Source: the human T2T-CHM13v2.0 reference genome, Homo sapiens
Assembly (NCBI RefSeq): GCF_009914755.1
Contig: NC_060928.1
Strand: one strand, 5' to 3'
Length of the DNA stretch: 64,000 nucleotides
The notes below the pieces were generated by a model, which made no database searches, was not told the DNA's origin, and was given only the letters and a program-made list of their open reading frames with translations. Below, in pieces: positions 26,680-45,336 of the stretch. A program made the position numbers and the translations under genes. Each line of letters begins with the position of its first letter. Position 1 is the stretch's first letter.

Positions 26680-27677
26680 CATGAAACTATTTAAACAACA
26701 TGTGATTACTTGGCCACTTTTCTATTCAAAAATATGGTTTATTAGTCCTGATTATGTGCCCTTCTTGGCAGACAGAATGATACTGTGTACTTCTGCTGAA
26801 AGAAATAGAAACTCTCTTCCATTTTCTAGATAAGAGAGTCCTAAAACAGAATTTCCAAAAACTCCAGTTAGTGGAGGTAACTTAAAATCCTCTTTAAGAA
26901 GGCAAGTGTTAGGGAATGAGGAAAAGACTATTTTATTGAGACTAGAACAAAATGACCTTCAAAGTGTTTTTATCCTCTAACTTCAAGCTTGATTGTATCT
27001 AAACCACCTCAAGGGAGCGTTTGTTTTATATTTAAAGACCTTTAGGTAAAGGGATTCTATATCTCTATGCAGAAATTTTTTCCAGTGTTGAACTGTTTCT
27101 ACTGTCAAGAAAATTTTCACTGAGGGCTCATTAGAGCTGGGAGGGACTCTAGGAGATTAGTTAGTAGAGGCTGCCATTTCCTAACACGTACTTGCAGTCT
27201 CATGATAAACGGTAAATCAACTTTCAGCTTGCTCTTCTTCAACCCTAACTAATTCCAATCTCTTTTATCGTTTTCTTCTTAGGTCTGATTTATTTAATCT
27301 TGCAAATGTATTTCAGGTTCTCTTTAGGGTTTATGCATAATTTTCTAAGACTTTTCTCAATTGTGAAATCAAAGCCGTTTGAAACTCTTAAACTTCCACT
27401 GACCTGAATGCAAATCATTTATTTGAACCTTAAAAATCTTCCACCTGTTTAGAAAAATTGGTTTGTTCATAAATATTGACTAGTCCTGTCTGTCTTGTTG
27501 AACATGACTTGGGGTGCATATTGGTTTGCATATATTGAAGGTGGTGGGGATAGTTCTGTTTGTGTCCCTTGTCACATGTAACTGATGTGTGAGAGGGGCT
27601 ACATCTTGTGAACTGACGTAAAATTCTGGTGAAGATAACCACATTTTCAGTTTATGACAGCCTGATGTAGAAATTAT

Positions 27678-28530
27678 CATTCATTCAACAAATATTTACT
27701 AAGCACCTACTATTCTGGTGCCAAGTACTGTTCTAGGGAAGCCTTAAGGAAACAAAAACCTTTACCCTTAGATGGACCTTAATTTCTAGTGGAGAGAGAA
27801 AAATAAACAAATGATTAAGTAGAATATTTATTATGTTAGATGAGTGTAAGTCTAAGGGAAGGATTAAAGCAGGGGAGAAAGGTAAGGAATTTTGAGAGAG
27901 GGAGGGAATTGCCAAGCTGAGTGATCATGTAATATTTGAGTAAGTCCTGAAGAAAACAAGGTAGGAGTCATGCTGGTACCTGGGGTGAGCAAGTACAAAA
28001 ATCCAGAGGATTGGAAAGTACAAAAATCCTGAGGCATGAGTGTACCTGGTGTGTTCAAGGTTCAAGGCCAGTGTGGCTGGAGGAAAGGGAGAGGAAGAGA
28101 ACATGAAGAAGATGAAGTCAGATAATGCAAGGAGCTAGTTGGCAGATTTTGTGGGGTCTTGTAGGTCAATGAAAGGACTTTGGTTTTTCCTTTTTTGAAA
28201 TGAAAAGCCATGGGAAGTTTTTAAACAGTAGACTGAATAACATAATCTGACTTGAGTTTTAACTGGGTAGTTTTGGCTAGCATATTAAGAATAAACTAAA
28301 GGAAGCAAGAATGAAACTAGGGAAATCAATTAGAAGACAGTAGCAATAATCCAGGTGAGAATTTGTGGTAGCTTAGTCCAGGATGCTACCAGTGGAGGTT
28401 GAGAAGACTTGGTCAGATAGTGGATGTATTTTGAAGTCAGTGCTGACAGATCAGGTGTGGAGTGTGAGATGGAGAGCAGTCAACACTGATTCCCAAAATT
28501 TCAACTTGAGCAAATGGAAAAATGGAGAAT
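27678..28530 (-). mobile_element. L2 (LINE-2) 3' fragment
   Basis: cattcattcaacaaatatttactaagcacctact 3' terminus plus a typical L2 body (ggccagtgtggctggagg..., aataatccaggtgaga). Confidence 0.8.
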
Positions 28531-29369
28531 ATCTGTGGTTTCTTCTATTTGTGTATCCCTTCTAGGACCTCTGCTTTTCAGAAATTCTAATCCATGATTA
28601 AAAAGGCAAAAGAAATACTTTTTATTCCTCTTCACTTTTCTTGGACCTCCCAGAATCTGTGTATGATAAAGTATATGTTTGTGATGATCATTTACTGATC
28701 ATGTGTTTAAGAGAGAAAAGAGTCAAAGGAATTGAAATCATATTTATCAGTTGACGCCCCTTTCCCTACAGTGCATGTGTAAGCAGGGTTTCAGCCAAGA
28801 GAATTGTATCACTTTCAAGGTTTATGGTATAAAATAGTTTAAACTTTGACTCACGACACATACATCAGATTTATCTTCTTTGGCTTCTAGGACAGTTTAC
28901 ATTGCTTTAAAATTCACTTCTTTGTGCTAAGTAAACCTCAGATTACACTTTCTTTTTGCATGTCAAGTGTTCCCTGCCAGTTAAATTGGTTACTAGACAG
29001 CTAGACAGTTTAACAAGGAAGCTAACTAAGCTGTTTTATTAACAAGCTGTGTGGATAAACCAACATTTAATTGACATGAGAAGATGGTTTATGTTAAGCT
29101 GAGAAAGGCCCTCAGCTCCTCTGAGCTTTTCTCCTGCATGCAGAGCCCCGGATATCTCATCTTCATGCAGCAGAAGTGCATCTAAATGCGATGCACTGTA
29201 TTCCCTACGGCCCGGTCACCTGCCTGTTCTTGTGACAAATGCCAAGATGCCAGTATTCTTTAATCCAAATTTAATCCAAATTTAAATGACCTTTTCCAAA
29301 ATTTCTAAGATCTTACTCCATTTAGTTTGCATGGTTTTGAATCTTTTTTTAAAAAAAAAGATGTTCTCA

Positions 29370-29685
<316 letters not shown>

Positions 29686-29709
29686 TCATTGCAAGTATAG
29701 TCCAATTAG

Positions 29710-29952
29710 ATTTAGGAACTCTGGTATGAGACTGCCTGCCTGGGTTCAATTTTCCACCCCAACACTTACTAGCTTTCTACCCTTGGGGAAATTACTTACT
29801 TTCTTCAAATCTCACTATCCTCTGGAAAAATAGGGATAATAATAGTGCCTCTACTTCACGGGGTTGTGACGATTACGTGAAACACTCCACATAAAGAAAT
29901 CAGCCCCCACTGCCTGGCATACAATAAGCAATCTATTAATGTTGGCTATTTT
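29710..29952 (+). mobile_element. MIR
   Basis: cctgggttcaat...cacttactagct...ccttggggaaattactta...gggataataatagtgcct. Confidence 0.7.
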
Positions 29953-30430
29953 TAAAGGCAGAGGTAGAAAAATGCCTCCTTAGTGTTAAGCCCTTTTGTG
30001 GGACTATATAACACCAGATGACTCATGAGTTCAGTGGGAGTCTTGCATGCATTATATTGGGCCAGCTAAAGATTGGCGTGTGCTCTCGTGGGTTGAATAA
30101 TCAAAGAACAGAATACTCTAAATGCACACAGACTGAATGTTCCATATGCAGTATTAACTATACCATCTGCCAGATGACATGGTCCCGCAGTCATTTTGAA
30201 TGATGTCTTCACTCAGCACGTGGCCTTGTGTTTATGTACACACATCTACTTAAGAAGATCAAGATATTATACCTGCATTAGCCTTGCCCAACAAACTGGA
30301 GGGAGAAGGATGTGGAGAACTTGAGGGAGTGAATGACATAGATATTATTTCTCCTTAGTTTGAAAAATAACAGATAGCAACAGGATAGTAAAGATATTCA
30401 AGGAGGGTGGAAGAAACTGGGAATGTATGA

Positions 30431-30818
<388 letters not shown>

Positions 30819-33351
30819 GGGAAGCAATGTTTGATTCAATGTAAGAAAGAAGTTCCCAAAATCTAGAGCCTAAGGATTGACCAAGATGCTCTGGAAACAA
30901 GTAACCCCTCTTCTCTAGAGAGAAGACTCAGTGAGGTATAAGCTTTCAACTTTATTCGAAGTTATTAGAGAAATTTCTTGGAATTGATTTGTAGAAAAAT
31001 ATTTCCAATTTTAGCTTATATTTTACTTTAAAAAGAAAAATAGGAGAGAGGGAGCTTTGTACTGTACTGAAAATGAGATGACAGGATGTTGAAGTTTTAC
31101 CCAAGGCCCCCAGATACAACAGATGCTGCCCACTGAAGTGAGATTCCAGATTCAAATGCAGACTCTACAAAGAATATAGTAGCAAATGACTTCCACAATT
31201 CTTGAAACCTTCAGCCAGGTCCAAGTGATTAAAAGGGGTTGATTATGGCAAGGAGAGAGGATTCTGTGAGAAGGAATTCCAGAGTGCTGAAGATGTGTGT
31301 GTTTGGAGTGGGTGGCGTGGAGGGGGTTTCACCTTTTTACCTCAAGCTGTGTGCAAGAAGAGTTTCAAAGTGTCTTCTTAGAGAACTTCATGGGAGATAC
31401 TTGCATGAGGATGGGTAGGAGGTCAGAGTGGGGTCTGAGTGCCACTCAGGAAATTTGGAGGGAAAGGGACAGGCTGACAAACTGTTCTGGCACAGAACCA
31501 GGACATTTTCTTCTGCATCCCCACAGGCAAATGATGTGAGTGTTCCCCATGGACCAGGCCAGTCCAGGCTAGGAGCAAGGGAGAGCTGGCTGGGGTCAAC
31601 CTGGGGCCTCTCTGAGGGGGCAGATGGATCCTAGTAGCTACACACTGTAGGTAGACAGCTTCCTAAGGGAGCATATAGGATGAGTCCAAAGTCACTCCCT
31701 AGAACAGAGAAGAATTAGCATGAATCAAGGACTAGAGGTAAGATGTCCCCAGTGATGGGAATCTTTCAATATCCCATAAAAATGTCCCTCTCTGGGCCTG
31801 TCTGGCCCCAAGAGTAAGAGGCCAGAACATGATGTTGCCAAATCAAGTAAAAACTTTCTTCTCCTCTTTTATTCTACTCCTTTTTTTCCTCCAACCCCAG
31901 GGGGCCAGAAGGCAGAGTTAGCGACCTGAGAGAAGAAGTGGAAGTAGAGTGAAGAAGTCAACCACACTCCTTCCCTGAAGGAAGGCAGCCTTTCTGAAGC
32001 AGGCCCCAGCTGGGGAAGGAGAGGAGATTTAACTCTAATAAAGTTGAAATTGGAGTTTGTTATTTCAGGGGATGGCATCATCTATTTCAAAATAAAACTG
32101 GTTTGAGTAACTTAAGGTAACCATTGAACTCTTCCTAAAAGTAAGCAAAATGTCCCAGGATCTGCTAAGTTTTCTTCCAGTGGCAGCAGAAAACTTTTTT
32201 TTATTAAATAAAGTTTAAAAGGTAGTGGGAGACAGAAAGAAGCAATTTGATGGGTAAAGCTAATTTAACATCTTGGTTACAGTTAAGTGCTCTCATATAA
32301 AAATATTAAATTCCCTTGATGATGATATAACCCATGGTGGAAGTGACAACCCAGGACCTAATCCATGCTATGCTAGGATTCCAGCGTCAGACATTCAAAC
32401 TCCAAAACAAAAGAAACACCTCTGTTACTTTCAGGTTCCTTTGGTCGTTTCTGGCTCAGGGTATATCACATGGCTTCATTCAGCCAGCCAAACAGAGAAC
32501 AGCCTGAGCCTTGAAACTGTGATGGACAGAAGGAAACAGCACCAAAAAACACTGTGAAAATTGCTTTGGAGAAATACATTAAAATTAGAAGTATGGGTGC
32601 CAGTAGAGGCTAGAGGCTTGCAATATTTTGGACACAAACAGAAACTACATTGTACCTATGGAATGATTTATTTATATCCCAGTTGGATCTCTAACCTAAA
32701 ATGGTTTATCATTTTATCCTCTATTACTAGCACTTGAAAGAATGTGAAGGCATGTTCGTCAGTCTGGGGAAATGTAGAAGAGCCATGGTCATTTTGCTCA
32801 TTGAGCTGGTTGCTCTTCTTTCCTCACTGCTGTTACATTTGTCATATGCATGTTTGGCGTGAGATTTTTGCTTTCAGCTTCAATCCTAGGTTTTAATTTC
32901 CCTTCAGAAAGCCCTGGCTTACTCTTTAAATACCATACCTCAATATTTTAGTTTTCTCCCTGCATATTCATCTCTTTGTTAATAGGATATCACTGAACAA
33001 TATTTTGAACTTTATAAATTCTGTCAAGTTTCAATTCTTCTGAATATTTTCAAACTCAGTGCATAAGAGAAACACCAAAAAATAATTCCTCTCTTTCATG
33101 TAATGTTTTGGATGTCTTATCACTGCAATGTATGCTTTCACATAGTACTTAATACTCCCAAATATATTGATAATTATTTCTTTTTCCAGTTATTAGCCAG
33201 TAAATTAAACACCTGTATATATGTTCAGGGGCCTCACCGAGATTTCTGTAAAGTCTTAGCTCCCTTTATCTATTGCCATCCCCTCAGCCTTCTATCTTTT
33301 AAAATACCTAAATAACTGACTAAAGCAGTCCCTCAAGGTGCTACATCTAAT

Positions 33352-34215
33352 TGATGCAGGATTTTTTTTAGCCTCTTTGCCAGACTTGCAACAGGGGTGC
33401 CCTGTTTACTCAGCTCACTGTGCTCAACCCCTTGAGGGAGGGAGCACATGAGTGAGTGAGTGTGGGATCTGGCTGGCCACTCCGGGCGCCAGCAGGAGCA
33501 GACTTCATGTGTGGCCCACAGCGGTGCCCAGGTGGGGGTGCTTGCGACCCCAAAGCCCCAGAGGGAGCGTTACAGTGCTCTCTTAGTTCTGCCGTCCACA
33601 GACGGTGGTTTGTTAGCAGCTCAGTTGGCCTCTTGCCTCATTGTGTGGGGTGGCTGCCCTTCATCCGTGAGGGCAAAGGGCCGGTGTGATGGCCTTTTTG
33701 GGTACCTGCACTCGGTGGGTCCCAAGCTCTTGTCCGGCGTCCAGGAAGAATGAGGTCACACAGACAACTGAAGGGCAGAGAATTTTACTAAGCTACGAAA
33801 ATGGCTCTCAGTGGAGAGAGGAGCTAGACAGCGAAGAGGATGGGCAGGTTGTCTTCCCCTGAAGTCAGGTCATCTCTTCTGTAGTCTGTCCATCTCCCTC
33901 GAAGTCCAGCTGTCTCTCTGAAGTCTGGCCGTCTCCTCTAAGGTCCGGCCATCTCTCCCTCTACCGACTGAGTCTGGGGTCTTTATAATAGGCACACGGT
34001 GTGGGTGGGGTGGGCCGCAGGTAGTTTTGGAAAAAGCAACATTCCACTGGTAAAAAGACACTATTCACAAAGAACCAATCAGGAGAGAATGGGCAAACAG
34101 GAATAGAAGTTCTCACTTTGGGCTGTAAGTTTCAGACTATTTTGGCTTGAAGGTGGGGTTTCACCAGGGATCCACCTCTGTCTGCCTAGAATTTGTCTGC
34201 CTCCTGCCTCTATCA
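33352..34215 (-). mobile_element. ERV1-class solo LTR (MER52/LTR27/LTR28/LTR1-like group)
   Basis: TGAT...ATCA termini, 4-bp TSD taat, GC-rich. The minus strand begins tgatagaggcaggaggcagacaaat and has a TATA-like tattataaag and an AGTAAA signal. Confidence 0.85.
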
Positions 34216-34466
34216 TAATCAAAGACCACACAAAGCAAAATCATGGGACTCTGAAAACTCTCCCAGGGCCTCTGTAGACCACTGTTGTTCTAATTCTTCC
34301 ACAGAAAGGACAAAAGTGATATACAGACACACACCACAACAGACAGCTACATTTCTCTTTATCACACTGAGTCTTACCACTTCTCACAGTTTAGAAAACT
34401 TCCTATTTTTTCCTGTCAAGACAGTTAAAGAGTCTCTTCTCTATCTTCTCTAAACTGATCTTGTTT

Positions 34467-34781
34467 CTTATTATTTATTTATTTATTTTTTTTTTTTGAG
34501 ACAGAGTCTTGCTCTGTCACCCAGGCTGGAGTGCAGTGGTGTGATCTCAGCTCACTACAACTTCTGCCTCCTGGGTTCAAGTGATTCTTGTGCCTCAGCC
34601 TCCTGAGTAGCAGGGATTACAGGCCTATGCCATCACACCTTGGAGAATTCTTTTGTATTTTTAGTAGAGATGGGGTTTCACCATGTTGGCCAGGCTGGTC
34701 TTGAACTCCTGATCTCAAGTGATCCATCTGCCTCAGCCTCCCCAAGAGTTGGGATTACAGGCGTGAGCCACTGCACTGGCC
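34467..34781 (-). mobile_element. Alu (AluSx/Sz-like)
   Basis: Full dimer; approximate TSD aaactg(a/g)tctt. Confidence 0.92.
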
Positions 34782-35598
34782 CAAACTGGTCTTCTGTAAT
34801 TGACTTAATTCAGCTACTGTGGGGCTAAAACTAGTACTGGATTGTGTGCTTATTGAGGGCAAGGACTTTATCATCTTTAAGTCTTCAGCTTATAGAAGAA
34901 TACCTGGAAATATTAGGTGTACAATATGTTAATTTATGTTAAATGAGTCTATGAAATGAACACATACATAATGTGAAATAGAAACTAAGGCCTTAAAGGT
35001 GACTAAAAGTCAGGATTCCCCACACCTCACCCAAATATAGAGTAAGGAGAATTATGAGTGGTTCTGAATTAAGACAAGATTAGTGAAAGCAAGTTTTTGC
35101 TAAGATTCAACCATTGTAAGTAAAATTTAAATGATTAAAATGAGAGAATCAAGATTTATTATATTGGACCCCTTATTCTTCAGATAGAAACCAGGAATGA
35201 ACCATCTACCTTCTTTGTGTACCTAATAATAAAAAAAAAACGAAACATTTGAATCTGAGATATTTTGCCTAAATCCAGGTATTGATATTCACTTTAAAGT
35301 TAAGAACTTGATTAAGAGAAAAGCTGTTGAAACTGTTTATGAAATTAGAGCACATTTTTAAGCATGGTAATGTTTTTTGTTAGGAAACAGGATGTTTTGA
35401 TACTTTCAAAGTTGATACTCCTGTCCCCTAGGTGTACCCTTTCTGCGTTTTTGCCAAGAGCTTATCTCACATAGCCTCATGCATATTGGAATGTGTGAAG
35501 ATGTAATGTGGATAGCCAGCCATCAGCATTCCTAGAAATGCAGAGGAGTAAAAGGAGAGAATGAGAACACAAGAGGTTTCATTAAATTATATTGCTGT

Positions 35599-35900
<302 letters not shown>

Positions 35901-36728
35901 TAATATTCCTGTGTTATTAGTCAAGCTGAATATTAAGTATACACAGAGGAATGTTGCAGGGATACAAACTCTCAAAGAAATAGGAATGTAATACACATGA
36001 AAGGAAGCAAAATGCAAATTAAACAAGAGGCAGGAGTAATTCCCTCAGAGACAAAGGCAATACACTCCACTCAGGAAATAAAAATCCATGTGATCGTCAC
36101 CATATAAATAGATTTTGAGCGGAAAAGGGCCAGGCAGTTAATCATACCAGTAATGTTAACTACATCTAAGAAGCTCTGGTTTGTTTTTGCTATATTCATT
36201 CACTAGACCAACATTAGATAACAGATTAAAAGTCACTTGGGAAGAGTAAAAAGCTCAGTAATGTACAGCTTGTTTCTGAGGTTATCAATAGGTTTTGTTT
36301 ATTTTGTACCAGCAAAGCAGGATAGGAATAAGGTTGGGATGTGAATTCACATATGCTTATGTGGAGGGCAGAGAGAAGGAAAGGTGGTTCCTAGTGATGA
36401 CAGAGCCCCCGCCCTGCCCCTAGTGACTATGCCTAAGAAAGATGATAGCAACTGGGGCTATGCGTTCACAGATGGGGAGCAACTAGGAGGGCCAAGTGCA
36501 AAAGGTAAGATCAAGTGGCAGCCCACCATTTGCACTTGGCCCACTTTTGCAAAGGTGGGGACAGGCAGCATGTCCTGGCTTTAAGACTAAGCATTCTGGG
36601 GGGTTAATTTATTTTTATTTTTATTTTTTATTTTTGCAGTGCTTGGTAATGGTGCTAGGAATACTTTGGAGTAACAATCAGCACAAACCAAAATGAATGA
36701 GATATATTAATATTTTCATTGTTTTTAG

Positions 36729-37262
36729 GAGAGTGGGCGCTCCCTTTCTCTTCCTGGAAGATCAGTCCCACCCCCCATTTCTACATCTCCTTGGGTATAC
36801 CAGCCTACTTATAGTTACTCTAGTAAACCAACCGATGGACTAGAGAAAGCAAACAAGAGACCAACTCCTTGGGAAGCAGCAGCAAAGTCTCCTCTCGGTC
36901 TAGTGGATGATGCTTTCCAACCCAGAAACATCCAGGAATCCATTGTGGCAAATGTGGTTTCAGCAGCTCGGAGGAAGGTGCTTCCAGGGCCTCCAGAGGA
37001 TTGGAATGAAAGACTGTCCTATATTCCTCAAACCCAGAAGGCCTATATGGGCTCATGTGGAAGGCAAGAGTATAATGTCACAGCCAATAATAATATGTCC
37101 ACCACCTCCCAATATGGTTCACAGTTGCCATATGCATATTATAGGCAGGCTTCAAGAAATGATTCTGCAATCATGTCCATGGAAACCAGGTCTGATTACT
37201 GTCTTCCAGTAGCTGATTACAACTACAACCCACACCCAAGGGGATGGAGACGCCAAACATGA
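36729..37262 (+). CDS. SYNPO2: SYNPO2 distal terminal coding exon (1261-aa isoform), ESGRSLSLPGRS...YNPHPRGWRRQT*
   Basis: ttttcattgtttttag|GAG acceptor in phase 0; 177 codons plus stop; contains the podin motifs RPTPWEAAAKSPLGLVDDAF and YNPHPRGW; 1084+177=1261. Confidence 0.95.
   Translation, partial: ESGRSLSLPGRSVPPPISTSPWVYQPTYSYSSKPTDGLEKANKRPTPWEAAAKSPLGLVDDAFQPRNIQESIVANVVSAARRKVLPGPPEDWNERLSYIPQTQKAYMGSCGRQEYNVTANNNMSTTSQYGSQLPYAYYRQASRNDSAIMSMETRSDYCLPVADYNYNPHPRGWRRQT
36997..37212 (+). CDS. SYNPO2: SYNPO2 alternative-frame C-terminus via an internal acceptor (RIGMKDCPIF...GLITVFQ*; 1155-aa isoform)
   Basis: cttccagggcctccag|AGG; 71 codons plus TAG in the +1 frame of the terminal exon; 1084+71=1155, matching a recalled myopodin isoform length. 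Confidence 0.6.
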   Translation, partial: RIGMKDCPIFLKPRRPIWAHVEGKSIMSQPIIICPPPPNMVHSCHMHIIGRLQEMILQSCPWKPGLITVFQ

Positions 37263-37403
37263 AAGTTAGAAGAACGGATCATGTGCCAACTGTAGTTTTT
37301 TAAAAAAAACGCTCCTTTGTAGGGTTTTAAACTTTTCTAATAGATTTAGATTCACTTTTGGTCTTGGCTTGTTCTCATAAGTCATTTATCTAAGTTTGTG
37401 TTT

Positions 37404-37457
37404 CTGTGTGTGTGTGTGTGTGTATGTATGTGAATATACACACACACACACACACAG
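37404..37457. repeat. (TG)9...(CA)9 inverted microsatellite pair (hairpin) in the 3' UTR
   Basis: c(tg)9tat and ata(ca)9g are exact reverse complements. Confidence 0.92.
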
Positions 37458-37725
37458 GTGAGTGTGAATACTTCCTTGTTGGCTGATCCATAGAGCATTA
37501 CTTGGAAGAAAATTTCACTATTTGCATTGATGTGCTGGCATTTATATGTAATTCATAATTTTGATTCCATTAATAGGTAGTCTATGCAACAAACTCTACT
37601 CAATTAAAGTAAAACTAAGTATTTCTTCATTGTACCTTAGTCCAGGAAGAAATTAATGGAATATGGTGTGCTAATTATCACTACCTATAACATGAGGAAT
37701 ATAACATTGCAGAAATTTCTCATAG

Positions 37726-38100
<375 letters not shown>

Positions 38101-40551
38101 TTTCTGCAACATTTTTTTAAAAAAATCTAATAAATCTTAGATTTTTAAAAAAGAATTAAAATGTGGGAGTTCTCAGAAAGAAATAAACACATGAGAATAA
38201 GATTATTACACATTTTGGAAGGACTTTTGAGGAATGATGTGATGTGTAGAGAATAGAAAGATTTAGATATATGCCTGTGACAGGAATAGATTCTGGGTTC
38301 AGGGGTCCCCATCTGTCAAATGAGAAGATTGGATTATCTAATCTTTTAGATCCTTAACAACTCTGATATTCTGAGATTCTCTCATTTGTAGAATGCCCGC
38401 TGATGCATTGTTTATTTTTTTTGCTCATAATATAAATATCAGATTATGTTTAGGAGTGGATTAGGTAATTAGTGTCACTACATGTATCATTAAAGGTCCT
38501 AAAAGGAATTGTTAGGCGGCAGGCTTTGTGTTACGTGTTACATGGAGTGAGGGTAGATGTGAAGATTTAAAACGATTGATGGATTTAAGGAAGTGGTACA
38601 TAAATATGTCTGTTATTATGCAATCGTAGGTCATGATAATTTATTCAGTTATAGAAAACATGCCACAGAAGCCTATGTAACAAGTGGTGCTTCTTTAGAA
38701 AGTTGTCATTAGAATGTTCTGAGGAAGTTAAGCAGCTGCTTCATCAATCCCATGACACATGCCTTGTTAGCATGCCCATCAAATAATCAGATCAAACACC
38801 TGCTCCTTATTGCCATACCCACGAACTGTTAAATATAAAAAAATTCAAAGTATTTGACATCTTAAGCAAATATCCAGAATATTTTTAAGTAAAAAACCAT
38901 CTTAAGTATTCAAAATTTCCTTGGTTTTTTAAAGGTGATAATTTTGCTTTGTGTTACTTTTTTGCTCTTGAATGTATCGTTATGATGGTCTCTTATAATC
39001 ATGGTATCTTTCACAGAATAAAAATTAAAAATAATGCCAGGGTGCAAGTGACCAAGGCCTTATCTTGAAAGTTAAAAAAAAAAAGTAAAGAAATCACAGT
39101 AAGTTCTATTAGTGATGATAGAACCAGATATAAAATTGTTCAGTGATGGAGAAAAGAAACGATAAATACTTTCCAAGGTTATATTGTTAAATTATCTTAA
39201 ATTATCAAGGTGTAAGATGTAATGATCCCAAGAGTTTTTATAGAATCCTAAAAAATAACGCCTGATGTATAGATTAGTTAGCAAATTCTCAGAAATCCCC
39301 CACATAAAAGCCTTACTTTGTTCAAAATTTATTATAGTGGTTTAATCATTTTAGATTTGAATGTTTTAAGATAGGAGAGACTTAGCAGAAAATACTTGGC
39401 TTGCCAGGGCCACGTTCTACTTCATTGCTTTCTTTTATAAGTGCAAGGAGTTATTTCCATCAGTTGACATAGATATTATTCACTAAAATTTTCAGCAGAC
39501 TCAAAATAGAGAGGAGACTTTAAACTTACATGTTAGCATAAAACAGACTTCTCTCTCATTGCATGCACTAGATCAATATTATCATCTGTATTAAGCTATC
39601 TGAATTTATTCGAGACATTAAGAAAAAGACAGTACATGGTGGGAAAGCTGCACATTTCTCACAAGGAAAAAAACATTCTATATTTGTAGCAGAAATCAGT
39701 GGTTTGAAAAGTCATACTTTGCAGATATGAACCTGAAAATCAAAGTGCCATTGTTAAATCATCCTAAAGTGTACTGTGGGTATTCTCCAGCATACTTGAA
39801 AATGAATAAAGTTAGATTGCTCACATTGAAGCTAATGGTTGAGACAAGACACCTGCCAGAGTGAAGTTTGATTCCTATGGGTGAGAAGATGTAGATGACT
39901 ATTGTTCTCACTAAAGTTCTAAAATAATAGCAAGTGTAGAGAAGAGCCGTTGCTTTGAAAATACATACCACATTTGTTATAAAGCATTTGTTTGTTAGTA
40001 TCAATCACATAGGTAGAAAGAGTTTGAGTTTTACTGTGGATTAAAAAGCCTTCCCTAAAAAGAGAGCATGCCAGTCATAGAGACACTAATTTGGCACTTT
40101 TCCTCCTTCTTAGGTTTAAATGTTATACCAATGCATGTGTTTGAAATATCCATTAAGATGATTTAAAATTTGTCTTGTATTTTGAGTTTCTTAAATGCGT
40201 GGATTCTTGTTCATTTATCTCTGAATATGTCTCTTTTATATTTTGGCACAATTATACACATTGGAAAGGGCCAACCTATTAGGGCTCAAGTATGTATATG
40301 CAAAAAAAAAAAGTTATATCAAACAGGCACAGTTATTACAACTAGAGAGAAATTCCAGAAATATTTGTTTTTTTAAGAGAAAGTAAATTTTCACATTAGA
40401 TTTCTATTCAAAGTACTAATATCTACATGGTCCACACTTTTCTATTTTAAAAAATTGTGTTCTCTTGTTAAATAGATTAACATTTCCACTTCTGTTTATC
40501 ACAAAAGACTGTATTTGAAATATGCATACGGAAAATTGAAATTATATTAGT

Positions 40552-40557
40552 AATAAA
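40552..40557 (+). terminator. Polyadenylation signal AATAAA, probable distal end of SYNPO2 (another candidate at 39017-39022)
   Basis: AATAAA preceded by a UGUA element and followed by a U-rich tract (cttcatttttttctt); ~3.3 kb after the stop codon. Confidence 0.65.
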
Positions 40558-41447
40558 TGTAACTTGAAAAATCAAGTTTAGGAGCCTCTTCATTTTTTTC
40601 TTATAAAATTGTTCTGAATTACTCTTTACTACAAAGATTTACTCCTATCTACCACATATTTTTCCATTTTATTTTCTGTGATAGCTTCTATACACATCAA
40701 AATAATTTCATGCTAAATGGGGCAACATTTTAACTGTAACATTTAAAAACTTTTTTAAAAATTCCTGAAAATACAATTAATTTCACGTGTAAGTTAAGAA
40801 TTTTAGGATCCAAACATATTTTAATACTATTTTTAACTAATTCTTTCCTTCATAGTATATTGAAAATCAGTCTTAAGCACAAGCATAGCCAATGGTAACA
40901 TGACTTGACAACATGTTGGTTGAATGCCTACAACCACTCTGGGCTCTGTCTCTAATCTTCCGTGTTTGTCTACCCAGTCCTTCCAATTACTTGTCCTCTT
41001 TTGACTGGTCCAAGACTGACCTGTGTTAAACTGAAGCCCTCATTACAATAAGGCATATTTAAGCAAAACTTTTTAAAAAGTGACTTTGGCTCTTTCTACA
41101 CAATATTAAAACTATCAGCTGAAATGTGAACTCCCTGGTCAATTGGTGTCATATAGCACACCCTTCAAACACTTTTTTTTCCTGGTAATTTCAAAATAAA
41201 ATGGCATTCTGATGAAAAATATATATTTTTTCTTTTATTATTATTATACCTTAAGATTTAGGGTACATGTGCACAATGTGCAGGTTAGTTACATATGTAT
41301 ACATGTGCCATGCTGGTGTGCTGCACCCATTAACACGTCATTTAGCATTAGGTATATCTCCTAATACTATCCCTCCCCACTCCCCCCACCCCACAACAGT
41401 CCCCGGAGTGTGATGTTCCCCTTCCTGTGTCCATGTGTTCTCATTGT

Positions 41448-45273
<3,826 letters not shown>

Positions 45274-45336
45274 TATGATGTTAGCTGGTTATTTTGCTCG
45301 TTAGTTGATGCAGTTTCTTCCTAGCCTTGATGGTCT

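Noticed and set aside
31150-32240. Purine-rich segment resembling an ancient LTR (similar impression at ~920-1270 and ~59440-60060)
   Set aside because: No termini or TSD identifiable by eye; needs a Dfam search before a call.
33456-34061. GC-rich ORFs suggesting a nested gene or CpG island
   Set aside because: Entirely inside the solo LTR.
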